From contig OX597820.1 of the NCBI GenBank assembly GCA_951406725.2, positions 120,590,001-120,654,000 of the forward strand: 64,000 bases of DNA, written 5' to 3'. Made by a program: the position numbers and the translations under genes. This stretch comes from Octopus vulgaris. Its lineage: Eukaryota. Below the pieces are notes generated by a model, which searched no databases, was not told the DNA's origin, and worked only from the letters and a program-made list of their open reading frames with translations. Positions 13,467-26,746 of this stretch are shown in pieces; within the stretch, counting starts at the first letter, position 1; each line of letters starts with the position of its first letter.

Positions 13467-13799
13467 AATGATGAAGCTAGTGGTGTTGGTAGCAGTGAGG
13501 ATACTGAGGCTGATTTGGAGTAAGTGTAGTGATAACGAGAGTAATGACGATGTCTGTGAATGTCGTTCAGTTTCATGCAGGCGTTGTTGATCTCCCTTCA
13601 TTACTTCCTCGTGCACACTCAGATGACGACGACGGGGCCCGATGGCGACGAAACAACGATTGCTGCTGCTGTTGTTTGTTGCCGAAAGAAATTGACGGTA
13701 AGTAGCGATGAACGTCGCTTGGTTGTTGTCGTTGTGATGGTGATGGTGATGATGACGATGATGATGATGATAATAATAATAATAACAATAATGATGATG

Positions 13800-13831
<32 letters not shown>

Positions 13832-14353
13832 GAGGATGATGATGATGATGATGACGATGATGATGGTGATGGTGATGATGGTGCTGATGATGGTGATGAT
13901 AATGATGGCGATGATGATGATGATGATGATGATGATGACGATGACCATGACGATGATGATGATGGTGACGATGATGATGATGATGATGACGATGACCATG
14001 ACGATGATTAGGATTATGATGATGTTGATGATGATGATGATGGTGGCCCTGCTTTTCGAGATGTTGAAAATTCCGGTAGTGATAATTATAAGTATACCTG
14101 TGATAGAACTAACGACGTTAACGAGAATGATGATGATGACAATGATGACGATGAGGAGGGGGAGGAGGTAGAGGGGGTAGATTAGTAGCGCAGTCGAGGA
14201 CGAGGACGGCGATGATTATGTCGATTGAGTGTGGCGAGGATGGTGACCGGGAGAACGAGGGGGCTAATGATGATGATAATGATGATGTCACTAATTATGC
14301 AAAAATTTTGACGGTGGTGAGAATGGTTGCGGCGATGCAGATTGTGGTAAAGA

Positions 14354-14387
<34 letters not shown>

Positions 14388-14425
14388 GGTGGTGATGATG
14401 AAAATGATGATAATGATGATGATGC

Positions 14426-14471
<46 letters not shown>

Positions 14472-14484
14472 GGTGATGATGATA

Positions 14485-14542
<58 letters not shown>

Positions 14543-14811
14543 CGACGGTGATGTCGGTGATGTCCTACGCGATGCTGACAGTGCTGACTGAGAATCGATC
14601 TGCTGCGGGAGAAGCAACAAACCATTCCATCATCAAGTGTCAATCAGTGAGAATAGAGATTTCAGTAATGAAGATAATGAGGCTGGTTGTTTACGGCCTG
14701 CTTCATTGAAGATGGCGATAATTGCAGCGATTTAGGCTGATGAAGCAGTCATCACAACCACGACAACGGCGGCGGCGGCGGCGGCGAGAGGCAATAACGA
14801 AGAGACGCAGG

Positions 14812-14846
<35 letters not shown>

Positions 14847-15020
14847 CCATTGCCAGAGCTGTGCTGGTGATAATGCTGTTTGCGATGGCGTCAAAGACGA
14901 GAATGATCACAAAGAGGCAAGGAAGGGAATGATGGTGGAAGTGATGAAGGAAGTGTTTTCTTGGCTAGGGTGGCGGTTATAATTGTGTAGATACACGTAT
15001 TGATGATGATGATGATGATG
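13365..15020. repeat. Interrupted (GAT)n / (GGT)n / (GCT)n low-complexity block
   Basis: Trinucleotide runs separated by short unique GC-richer segments. Confidence 0.9.
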
Positions 15021-15097
15021 ATTAACAACAACAACAACAATAATAATAATAATAATACTAATAATCATTATTATCATTATAATTATTATCATCATCA

Positions 15098-15189
15098 TTA
15101 GTAGTAGTAGTAGTAGCAGTAGTAGTGGTGGTGGTAGTAGTAGCAGCAGTAATAACAGTGGTTGTAGTAGTAGCAGTAGTAGTAGTAGT

Positions 15190-15242
<53 letters not shown>

Positions 15243-15293
15243 CAGAAGCAACAACAGTAGTAGTAGTAGTAGTAGTGGTATTAGTAGTAGTAA

Positions 15294-15338
<45 letters not shown>

Positions 15339-15377
15339 CAGCGGCAGTAGCAGTAGCAGTAGTAGTAGTATTAGTAA

Positions 15378-15410
<33 letters not shown>

Positions 15411-15468
15411 CAGCAGCAGCAGCTGTAGTAGTAGTAGTAGTAGTATTGTGATGATGATGATGATGATA
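15098..15468. repeat. (GTA)n/(GCA)n microsatellite
   Basis: Seen directly in sequence. Confidence 0.95.
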
Positions 15469-16684
15469 ACATAAATGACGATTGCATTGATGGGAAAATC
15501 ATGAATAAGTCAGATTGGCGATATCGAATATATTTTTACTGTTATTGCTGCTGCTGCTGCTGCAGATGAAGATGATCACGATGCTATTGATAATGATGGT
15601 AATGATAATCATTATCATCATATTCATCATCATTATCGACATAATCTTCATCGTCAGCAGGCGCAGTTCCGTATATGGTGCAGGGTGCTTTACGCGGCAG
15701 TCAAAATATTTTCCCATTCTATAGACAATAGGAACCAAAGACATTACTACGTACATACAATGAGGGGAAACAGGACTCTTTTGTGAGGAACGACAACAAA
15801 CTCGAACATATTGAATAGCATGAATCCCATTTAGAACATGAATCGGAGGGAAAAAATCATTGATTCTGCACAATCAGATAATATTGATAGGATGCGGTGA
15901 CATAGCAAGAAAATTTAAATTATTTAAACAAATAAGTAAATAAAAAAGATATGGGATAAAATCAATGATTCCAGCTTTATTTGTATTTTTTGGATATTTA
16001 TTCCAATACTCAACAACATGGAAGGCATTCGAGTTGAAATATATTGGATCGAGAATCTGTAAGACCTGTTGTCTCAATGCAAATGTTGCTGTATTACGAA
16101 AATGTTACCAAAGAAAGTAACAAAAGTTACAATATATGGTAATAAATTTGTTAGAGAATAAACGTGTATTTCTCATAAAGATTATTTTAAATAAATTTTG
16201 GAGGAAATATTGCGTTTAATTATAGTTTCACGTCAACAAATATTAACAGATAAATTCCCAAATCAGCATGATATATGCTACTGCACGGTAGAAAATTATA
16301 TTTGTAAATTAAAATTATTGCATCTGAAAGAATATAAGTACAGTGTCGTTGCGATAATCATATTCCATCCCTGATACATACAGGAAGGCATGAGCAAAAA
16401 TGTTTCAACGACATGAATGTAGAATTAATAAAAACCGAAAAGCGAATGATTAGAGTATCTAATGCCGCGTAATAATGGTCTGTTTTGTTTAAGGAACTAC
16501 AGCTTCAGTTTGAGTATAATCATTATAGTAGCTTTATTAACCTGGTCAGTCAAGTCTACAATAAATAGATTTACCATGGACTTTCTGACAAACGTGACAG
16601 TCCCGTAAGGGAATTACACCACCGCCATTTAGCCCTAGGAAACATCGACGTTTCCTGTCGGCTTTAACACATTTCCTGTGTCCT

Positions 16685-16827
16685 TATATTTGCAAAGGGG
16701 AGGCAATCATCCCCGCCAGCTGGGACTAAGCAACTGAAGACGTATGTTTCTCAGTGTATTGCTCGTCATCAGTCCAGGGTATCAAGTCTCGCTCGCTGAA
16801 GATGACTGCAACCTCTCTGCAAATATA
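16685..16827 (-). ncRNA. Putative type I minimal hammerhead ribozyme at the apex of a long hairpin
   Basis: Minus strand reads CUGGA-CUGAUGA-cgagcaauacacuga-GAAAC-auac-GUC-UUCAG; stem I CUGGA/UUCAG extends into ~55-nt imperfect arms; stem II weak. Confidence 0.6.
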
Positions 16828-16967
16828 TTCTATTTTCAGTAAACTTTATTTACTGATCACCAAAATTAGAAATTTCTAATTTCTGACAAAGTTTTGTTAT
16901 ATTTTTTCTCTGTAGTTTCAGTTCAGAGCTGCAGTCATGCGGATGCACCATCGTTAAATATATTGAA

Positions 16968-17066
16968 CAGTCTATATATTGAATTAGTCTATATATTAAT
17001 TAGTCTTTATATGAATCTATATATAGTCTATATATGAATATAATGAATTAGTCTATATATGTCTAC
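16968..17066. repeat. Degenerate AT-rich minisatellite (AGTCTATATATGAATT-like)
   Basis: Several AGTCTATATAT units. Confidence 0.6.
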
Positions 17067-17206
17067 ATCATGCGATATATTCAAGTCCGGAGTTTATGCC
17101 TCATGCATCCTTCAAGGCGAATGACCGTTCACACGCCTCTCCTGCTGGTCACGTTTAGCTAATATATATAGCGCTGGACATTATACAGAAGTAGTTATAT
17201 TTACAA

Positions 17207-18113
17207 CTAGCAGTATCGCCCGGCGTTGCTCGGGTTTGTAAGGGAAATAACTATAAACCATTTTTAGAGAGTTATAGCCAAAAAATAGCAAAACATTGCA
17301 TTAAAAATGGAAGAAAAATTATGGTAAATTATTTTTTAAATCGTTGACTCATCGTAGACATTTTTAGAGAGTTACTTCCCTTTATTTGAAAAAATATGCC
17401 TTAAAATGGAAAAAGATTATGGTAAATTATTTTTAAAATCGTAGACTCATCGTAGACGCGCGCTAATACCCAGAAGGGCTCGATATGAATCACGACTATA
17501 CGATACCCGGATTTGGTTAAACTACACCGAAAAATGTGGGAGTAGTTAGGAATCTAAATCGTAGGAGACAGACACTCACACAACTTCATTTTTACATATA
17601 ACTATCAGTATCGCCCGGCGTTGCTCGGGTTTGTAAGGGAAATAACTATATAAGCATTTTTAGAGAGTTACTTCCTTTATAGATGCCAATTCGGGCTTTC
17701 TTAGCCATTTCTGTTTTAGTGTCTTCAAGCCATGAAGTCGTTCTAAAAGAACGCTGGTCTCCTTGACAACGCATTACGACGTTGATTTCCTTACACTCCC
17801 TTCCCCACAGCTTCACGAGGGAGGGAAAAAGGGGAGAAGCAAACAGGTGCAGGTGTGACCATGGACGCCAACTCCGCCGCCATCGACACACGAAAAATTA
17901 TGCATTAAAATGGAATAAAAAATGATGTTAAATTATTTTTAAAATCGTAGACTCATCGTAGACGCGAGCTAATAGCCAGACAGGCTCGATATTAATCACG
18001 ACTATAAGATACCCGAATTTGGTTAAACTGCACCGCAAAATGTGGGAGGAGTTAGGAATCTAAATCGTAGGAGACAGACACTCACACAACTACAGTTTTA
18101 TATATATAGAAGA
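17207..18113 (-). mobile_element. Tandem pair of non-autonomous Helitrons
   Basis: Minus strand begins A|TCTTCTATATATATAAAAC and ends CCCGAGCAACGCCGGG hairpin + CTAG|T; internal second terminus at ~17602. Confidence 0.85.
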
Positions 18114-18773
18114 TTAATAGAGTCGGTTCAATGTTCATGGGTCAAACTGAGTGTGATAGTGGACTTAATACTGCTGCTTCTATTGGTTATGGTAGAATTC
18201 AACATGGTATAACGCAAGAATATTCAAAAATAGCCGTAGTGGTAGTTACAATGTTGTATGTTAAAGATCGAGGATAGAAGAAAAGAAAAAAATCTTAGTC
18301 GCAAAGAGATCATGGGAGAGAAATTCCAATTAAGTCATTCCTATCAGCTGTTTTCGTTCTAAACTTCTGAGAAAGAATACACAATTATTTTAAGAAAAAT
18401 CCGTCGCGTCTAAACGTACCGCTAGAATTATGATTGCACGGAAGGTTATTTCCTTTTTTTTTTTATTTTATATATAATGTCTACTAATGATTGGTGTATC
18501 GATTTACGTCTATATCTTTAAATTACCTCTTTCTTTCCGATATGTATACATGTAGCATGTACGTACTCACACCTGCCCGCCCGCGCGCGAGCAACACACA
18601 CACACACATACGTAAAGACACATATACGTACACACAGACACGTACACACCACGCACGCAAGTACCATACATGACAGCATGCAGCCACGCACGCATGCAGA
18701 TCCATTCATCCCTTCATAACCATGCGTACATCTATTTCTCTATTTCTCTCTTTCTCTCTCTATATGTATGCAA

Positions 18774-19020
<247 letters not shown>

Positions 19021-19443
19021 ATCACACGTGTGTGCTTGTATGTGTTTATGTATCTATTTAAAGATTACGTGCAGAGGGCTGCTGCGAGTAGATGCACAAA
19101 TCTACGTATGTTTGTATACACGAAACACACTTTTAAATTCCACTTATTTCGATTACACCAGGTCATCATAGCTTGATTTCCATGAATAATGTCAACTTGC
19201 CCTTTTCAAATATAGCCGAATATTATTGCTCCTAGCAACCGGCTCATTAGTCATCCGCCAAACACTAAACCCACAACAATTAAACTACATAAAAATGTAA
19301 CCAGATTATACCAACCTCACCGTAACACCCACAGCTTCACCTTCACTATTGCAAAACCCCTTCGTAGTTTTACCTCCAAAATATTCACACACTTGAAGCA
19401 ATTATATTCGAAGGAATTTTTAATCCTTTACCTGCACTTCGGA

Positions 19444-19540
<97 letters not shown>

Positions 19541-19685
19541 GCAGAAGAACAAGAAGGAAGAAGAAGAAGAAGAAGAAGAGAAGGGAGAGGAGGAGGAAAA
19601 TGAGAAGTAGTAGTAGTAGTAGTAGTAGCAGCAGCAGCAGCAGCAGTAGCAGCAGCTAAAGAAGACGAAGAAGAAGAAGACAAGG

Positions 19686-19717
<32 letters not shown>

Positions 19718-19890
19718 GAAGAAGAAGAAGAAGAAGAAGAAGAAGAAGAAGAAGAAGAAGGAGGAGAAGGAGGAGGAGGAGAAGAAAGAAGAAGAAGAAG
19801 AAGAAGAAGAAGAAGAAGAAGAAGAAGAAGAAGAAGAAGAAGAAGAAGAAGAAGAAGAAGAAGAAGAAGAAGAAGAAGAAGAAGAAGGAA
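19444..19890. repeat. Compound (ATG)n-(ATA)n-(AGT/AGC)n-(GAA)n microsatellite
   Basis: Seen directly in sequence. Confidence 0.97.
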
Positions 19891-20518
19891 GTGGAAGTAA
19901 AACAAGGAGTAAAGAAGAACAACAAGAAGAAATAAGAAAGATAAGAGAGAATAAAAAGTAGATGAAGAGAGAAAATGAATTTGAGAGATTTACCTGTTAT
20001 TGTTAAAAGTTTAGATGCTATAAATAGCAAACTCAGAAACCAGATTAAATTGAGAATAAGATATGAAGGCAATATTACCTCGAACTGTACGAATCCATCA
20101 CAGACTCCTCGAAATTAGAGTGGAGAGGGTTAGCGTTGTCCACTGATTGTCAACAGCTAAACTCTGATACGTTCTCCGGCGAATTTCTTTTAAGAAGACG
20201 ACGATGATTATGCTGATGCCTGAAACAGAGTATATGACCCTGAACAAGACGCAACCATCTGGGATATCTCTGTTATAACAAAAAAAGAAATCCAGAAAAT
20301 GCGCCCCTGATAGACATCGGAAGATAACTTCAATAATATCATTTCACAGAGCTGCTACAACTGCACTAGAAAAACAATTTGCCAAAATAAATGCAAACCA
20401 GGAAGCGACGCAAGTATAGCACAGTCTGAAGAAGTCTGGCATAACGAAATTTCAAAGCCACCTTCGCCCTTATTATAAACGTTATATGTGTGTGACTGAG
20501 TATGTTCATATGCATGCA

Positions 20519-20579
<61 letters not shown>

Positions 20580-21120
20580 GTGCTTAATGTCCGGGCATTG
20601 CTGACTTTAGGGTTATGCTCAATAGTTGCTACAATGTGTAGGAGGGACCTGTCGGTCGACCGAGTCTGTCGTAATGATTTCATCGCCAGCCTCTTTCAAT
20701 CAGGCCGGCAAGGCAGTTTTATTTTGCCCTGTGGCTGTGCCGAAAGAGGTTGTTTGGTGGACAAAGCTGAACGGGAACAGGACAAATACATTTCTCTTTG
20801 GTTGAGCTCTTATTGACTTCTTCAAGTTTCACTTGAAAAGAAAAATGAGAGTAAACAGTGAAGTGCTGTCCTGGAGTGAGTTTATTGGAAGTCGGGTGAA
20901 AGTTGCGAAAATGGCAAGAGTAGATGGTACCACTAAATATTGGCCTGTGAGTCGGGGAGAAGGAATTTCAGGGGGCACTTGCTCCTGGGGTTTCAGGGAA
21001 ACCTCGGACAGTGAGGTCCCTCGATTATCCCTAAAGGCTTTCCTGTATTAAGAGGGCCACAACTCTATCATCTTCCCCACTCTTTTTGTTTTAAACTTCT
21101 GTATGTTACGCCTATGTCCT
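20580..21120 (+). pseudogene. Probable L1/Tx1-type LINE ORF2 3' end, decayed
   Basis: GC-richer island; translation KEVVWWT...NTFLFG*ALIDFFKFHLKRKMRVNSEVLSWSEF..RVKVAKMARVDG resembles Tx1-like ORF2 C-termini (family call from memory). Confidence 0.45.
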
Positions 21121-21277
21121 TTCGCTTTCAGTGTATAGAAGTGCTTACTTCCTTTCTTTGTTTTTTTTTTCTATTTTCTATCATTTCATTATATGTACAC
21201 TCCTACACTTTACGTCTGTCATTGTATTGTCCCCTCATATTTTGCTCTTTTGGAAGATAATTGAAATCCTCCCCCTC

Positions 21278-21291
21278 CTCATCATCATCAA

Positions 21292-21323
<32 letters not shown>

Positions 21324-21324
21324 A

Positions 21325-21357
<33 letters not shown>

Positions 21358-21374
21358 CATCATCACCATCGTCG

Positions 21375-21408
<34 letters not shown>

Positions 21409-21461
21409 TATTATTATTACCATTATCATTATTATTATTATTGTTATTGTTGTAGTTGTTA

Positions 21462-21525
<64 letters not shown>

Positions 21526-21576
21526 TTATTGTTATCATCATCATCATCATCATCATTATTATAATTATTATTATTA
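21278..21576. repeat. (CAT)n/(ATT)n microsatellite
   Basis: Seen directly in sequence. Confidence 0.95.
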
Positions 21577-21621
21577 TGCTGTTTAACTGAGTAGTGGACC
21601 GGTTAAATTGCTCCAGATGTG

Positions 21622-21812
21622 AGTGTGTGCGTTTGTCTCACTAACTCTTGCAAACCGGTGTTGTAGTGTTTATGTCCTGGTAAATTAGCGGTTCAACAAG
21701 AGAACTCCAATAGAATACCTACCAAGATTAAACACTAAACACTGTTTCACTAATGTTATTTAAGGCGGTGACCCAGCATGGCCGCATTGTAATGACTAAT
21801 ACAAGTTAAAGG
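21622..21812 (+). mobile_element. SINE family C, degenerate 3' half
   Basis: TTAGCGGTTC...AAGGCGGTGACCCAGCATGGCCGCA..AATGACT matches the family C tail. Confidence 0.6.
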
Positions 21813-22344
21813 TAGAAAATTATGCGAGAATCTTACTTGATGGCACTTGGTTTTTTTTCCATTTCACAGACGATTTAGACCAGCAAATTGAACATAAGCC
21901 GTAATTTTCATGTTGTTACCTTATAGATGTTATCTGGTCTGTACTTCGTGGGGTATGGTTCTTGTTACTGTAGATTTGGACCTCGTCTTCATACATACAC
22001 ATGCACAAACACACGCACACTCACTCACGCACACACACATACACACAAACGCATATATATACATGTATATTTATGAGATTTGTATACCATGTATGCCTGG
22101 CTTCGTGTGCGTGTCAGCGTGCGCAATTTATAACAGTCTAAATAAGTAAATATATCAGTTGAAGGCATTGCAACATATAAATAGATATGAAGAATGCATT
22201 TAAAACATTAAAGTGACACCCATGTTTCTATTAAACTGATACATATATGCGCGTCTGCGTATGTGTCTGTAAGTACATGTATATATATATATATATGCAT
22301 TTACAGATACACGTATACATGCAGATATATAAATATACTTGCAT

Positions 22345-22521
<177 letters not shown>

Positions 22522-22846
22522 GACAATTTCTATATATATATATATTCACCTCTGATCCGACCGAGTAATTATTTTGAATGAAACAAAATTATATAATTAT
22601 CTTTGATGTAATTACCTCCATTTAATTATCTGAAAGCTTCACGAAATTGACATTATTTTCAGATTATAACTTCAACAATCCCAGATATGTAGGTACAATG
22701 AGTCATTTCCATTCCGCTATTCTTGTTTTTGTCCTGACCAGTTAATAATTTAAGTCCATCTCTCTCTTACTCATTGTGCACCATCGACTTACTTTCAAAA
22801 TCTCATTTATTTCATCCTTTCAGTGCCCAGGCAACTTTAACTGAAT

Positions 22847-22978
22847 ATCTATTATATAAAATCCGTTCTGTCTGTCTGCGTGTGTGTCTTCTAGGATCGC
22901 GGGCATTCTCCATCCGATTGCGCTCAAATTTGATATGTAGATACCGACGGTATGAGGGCGTGTATAAGTCTTGAAAAA
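22847..22978 (+). mobile_element. Helitron-like 5' end fragment
   Basis: A|TCTATTATATAAAA...CTGTCTGTCTGCGTGTGTG...CCGATT..CTCAAATTTG parallels the 5' end at 39219. Confidence 0.45.
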
Positions 22979-23599
22979 GTCTATCTTTATTTCTTCTTTT
23001 GCTGCTGTCTCAAAGTTAGGTTAAATCAGTGTTTTTCAAAGGGGAGGCCTATGGGACGGTCGGGCAAGTTGTTTTGAGAAAATTTGGTTTAAATGTTTGA
23101 CAACTCAGCACCATCCATTGGACAGGGGGCGTTTTGCTCGTCGTTATATATCTTTGTTTTTTTGTCTTCAAAGTATTTGTACATTGCTTCATGCATAACT
23201 ATTTTCAATACAAAGAAAAAAGCCACTTATATTTCTATCATTGTCAGCTGTGACTCGTTAAAAAAATTGGCCATATTTTAAGTCCCCGCATGTCATCTTG
23301 CTGGATATTAAATTGCTGAAATTATTCTCCCAATCTATTCTGATTATAGAATGTATGAGTTAGTGAGATATATTTTAGGATTTTACAAGTCGATAGTTAA
23401 CCCGTGCATCGTAATCTAATCAGGGGTATATGTGAACATAATAATTAGTAAAAATATATATGTACAATTCCATAAATGGCATTGTTAATTTAATATATGA
23501 TAAGCATACGCACGTATAATTATATATTGCATGCATATACATACATACATACATGCGTGTTTCAGCATATCAGTTATGTAACTATATATATGATTGACC

Positions 23600-23790
23600 G
23601 TTACCTATTAAAGCTTTCTTTTTTATTCTCTCTGTTTATTTTCACGTGTACCTTTCTGTTGAAGAGCGTAGGCTCGAAACATAAAATACTTTCTCACCTT
23701 CCCGAGCGTTAAATTAATACATCTGTTTGTTGTTTACACACTTGCCTTCGTCTCCTTTTTTTTTTTTTTTGTAAATTCCGACTCTATATA
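23600..23790 (+). mobile_element. Penelope-like pLTR fragment with degenerate hammerhead motif (23656-23683)
   Basis: CTGTTGA-A-GAGC-gtag-GCTC-GAAAC-ATA; downstream TTCCCGAGCG..AATAC is similar to the 41875-42070 copy. Confidence 0.5.
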
Positions 23791-23995
23791 AATATACACA
23801 CAAGCACCGCGCGCGTATATATTAGCTTCACTAGTCATAAATCCTGTCACTGTTTGGTATCTTTTGTCTCAGAACTCTCTGAGATAACGGTATTTTGGTT
23901 CAACGACGCCCTTCGACGTGTTGTTCCATTCAAAAGGATTGGAACTCTCTTTCAGTGTATGTATGTAAGTGAAAATGTTTGTGTGCACGAGTGTC

Positions 23996-24428
23996 GGATC
24001 TTTTCGGTTCGAACGGCAATTTTTTCTAGCGTTGTCAAATGAAATTGTCACCCATAATTATGACCCTAGTATCGATCTATTGCATTTCAATCTGTTTTAG
24101 GGTTAGGGTTATTTAGGGTTAGGGTTAGGGGTGGGGGAAGGGTATATTTTTTGTTCTCAAATGTAAATAAAGCAAATCTGTTTCTTAAACGAGGGACATA
24201 TTCATACGGCACAGAATGTTTTTTTTACCTCAATAGACGGCAGTGATTGGTTGAAATTGCAGAAATTGAAGAAAAAAACATCAAATATCTCACAAACTAT
24301 AGAAATTTCTCAATAAAGCCAAAAGAAAAATATGTTTCATAAACACATTCTACCAGTATACGAAGTTAAAAAATTTTTTAGTTACCTAGAAATTATGTTA
24401 AAAACTGCCGTTCAAACCGAAAAGATCC
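23996..24428 (-). mobile_element. MITE family A, full copy
   Basis: Both TIRs; TSD CGAGTGTC/CGTGTGTC (7/8); internal TTAGGG repeats. Confidence 0.92.
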
Positions 24429-24810
24429 CGTGTGTCTCTATGAACGTATTTCAAAGACGTTATACCTGTATTCATACTAATATCTCCGTACATACTGATT
24501 ATTTGATAATCGTCCATTTGTTCACCGCTTGTATTTAAAATACATCGCTGTGTAATTTATCACAGCTCAGTCATTTTCTTTCTTGTTGTTCGCCTCCGGT
24601 TCGGTGCCTGTCAAGTGGAACTTAAAAATAAAAAAAAAAAAACGTTCATTATTTTGACCATCGTAACGTATCAAGACATTTACAAATAGTGCAGAAGAAC
24701 ACTAAATTGAATAATTTCGTTATAATTCTTTTAAATACCTAATTCCTGATCAGATAGAATTATGTGTCTAAATCCTTTTTTTCAAGATTATCTCATTTTT
24801 ACTTTGTGAT

Positions 24811-25195
24811 CTGAAAGCACTCCGTCGGTTACGACGACGAGGGTTCCGGTTGATCCGAATCAACGGAACAGCCTGCCCGTGAAATTAACGTGTAAGTAGC
24901 TGAGCACTCCACAGACACGTGTACCCTTAACGTAGTTCTCGGGGATATTCAGCGTGACACAGAGAGTGACAAGGCCGGCCCTTTGAAATACAGGTACAAC
25001 AGAAACAGGAAGTAAGAGTGAGAGAAAGTTGTGGTGAAAGAGTACAGCAGGGATCACCACCATCCCCTGCCGGAGCCTCGTGGAGCTTTAGGTGTTTTGC
25101 TCAATAAACACTCACAACGCCCGGTCTGGGAATCGAAACCACGATCCTATGACCGCCAGTCCGCTGCCCTAACCACTGGGCCATTGCGCCTCCAC
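24811..25195 (-). mobile_element. tRNA-derived SINE family D, full copy
   Basis: tRNA-like head with A/B boxes (TGGCCCAGTGG, GGTTTCGATTCC); 11-bp TSD TACTTTGTGAT. Confidence 0.9.
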
Positions 25196-25799
25196 TACTT
25201 TGTGATACATATTCTGCATTTACAGATTCAGTGTCAAATTCTCTAGAATGAATTCTTTTGGACTTCATGATGAAATTTTTTGTGCGCTTTTCTGGAAAAT
25301 AAATTATTAAAAAATTGTATGGTGAGCTTTTTTTATAGCTATCTTTATAAACAGCTGCTTTAAAAAAATTGCAAAAATAAAGAAAGATATGATATATTAT
25401 GCGTCGTTCGTCTCTTCATATTTATATTTAAAAATCTATGAATATTATATGAATATGAGGTCGAAGAGTATCCGTTTTCTATATTTTAAATCCCTACGTT
25501 GTTATATATTTAACATTCCACAGTAAGCTTCTGACGCTGCTTTCAGAAACTACTTTTCTAATAAGCTTATTTTATTTTCTTTCAATTGGAAGAGTGTGCT
25601 GTTCCTCACAGCCCTATTAACATATAAACTACAATACATATACTGAAAGCAAAACTATAGCCTTCAATATCAAGCATAATTTTCAGTGCTTAACATCGAA
25701 TGAATTAAAGTTCAAAATTCAGGATGACAAACCACAAAGAAAAATTAAAAACAAGGAAATTCTTTGAAGATTTGGTTTGTTATATTTTTGAGAATTTTG

Positions 25800-26217
25800 C
25801 GACCTTTTCGGTTTGAACGACAGTTTTTAACATAATTTCTGGGTAACTTTACTGGTAGAATGTGTTTATAAAACATATTTTTCTCTTGGGTTTATTGAGA
25901 AAATTCCATAGTTTGTAAGATATTTGTCGTTTTTTTTTCTTTTAATTTCTGCAATTTCAACCAATCAGTGACGTCTATTGAGTTAAAAACCATTCTGTGC
26001 CGTATGAATATGTCCCTCGTTTAAGAAACAGTTTGGGTTTATTTACATATGTGAAGAAAAAAAGATACCCTCCCCCACACCTAACCCTAACTAATCCTAA
26101 TTAACCCTAACCCTAAAAGAGATTGAAATGCAATAGGTCGATTCTAGGGTCATAATTATGGGTGACAATTTCATATGATAATGCTAGAAACAACTGCCGT
26201 TCAAACCGAGAAGATCC
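25800..26217 (+). mobile_element. MITE family A, full copy
   Basis: TIRs; TSD GAATTTTG/GAAGTTTG (7/8). Confidence 0.88.
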
Positions 26218-26690
26218 GAAGTTTGAAAAGTAGAAATATGTACCAACAAAATCTCATATTTTGCTCAAGAACTTGCCGCACTTGAAAAATTAGCCGGTTC
26301 CTCCTGTTCAAAACGATTAATACCACTTTCCAGACGTTCAAGTTTTTCTATGTAGCTGTCTAATGCTAAATAACTATAAGCAGGAATTGCACATTGATCC
26401 AGAAAATTTCCATGTACGTTAATGATATGTGTGAGCATCTGAAGACACTTATAAAATAAATAATGACAAATGACCTGTGTTTATGCAAAAGTAATGTGAT
26501 GTGATTTAGACATATAAACCTTTGTGCTGTGGCTGGAGATGCGGTCTGTGAATGCTTGTGCTGCTTATTAGAGATGGCGTGATAAATGAGAAACTGCTGC
26601 TGTATATGTGACAGAACCTGCGAGATATCTACCAAGATTATCACATGCACATATATGACATTGTTGTTGTTGATGTTATTGTGGTTGTTG

Positions 26691-26746
<56 letters not shown>

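Noticed and set aside
12011-14709. Long ORFs (up to 482 aa) of poly-I/M/N/H/S
   Set aside because: Translations of stop-free trinucleotide repeats in several frames and on both strands; no domain content
20340-20470. Cys-containing stretch CYNCTRKTICQNKCKPG
   Set aside because: Too short, no splice signals and no recognisable domain
24860-25063. Near-identical 67-aa ORFs at 24860, 36219 and 57325
   Set aside because: They lie inside SINE family D copies, so the similarity reflects the repeat rather than a gene family
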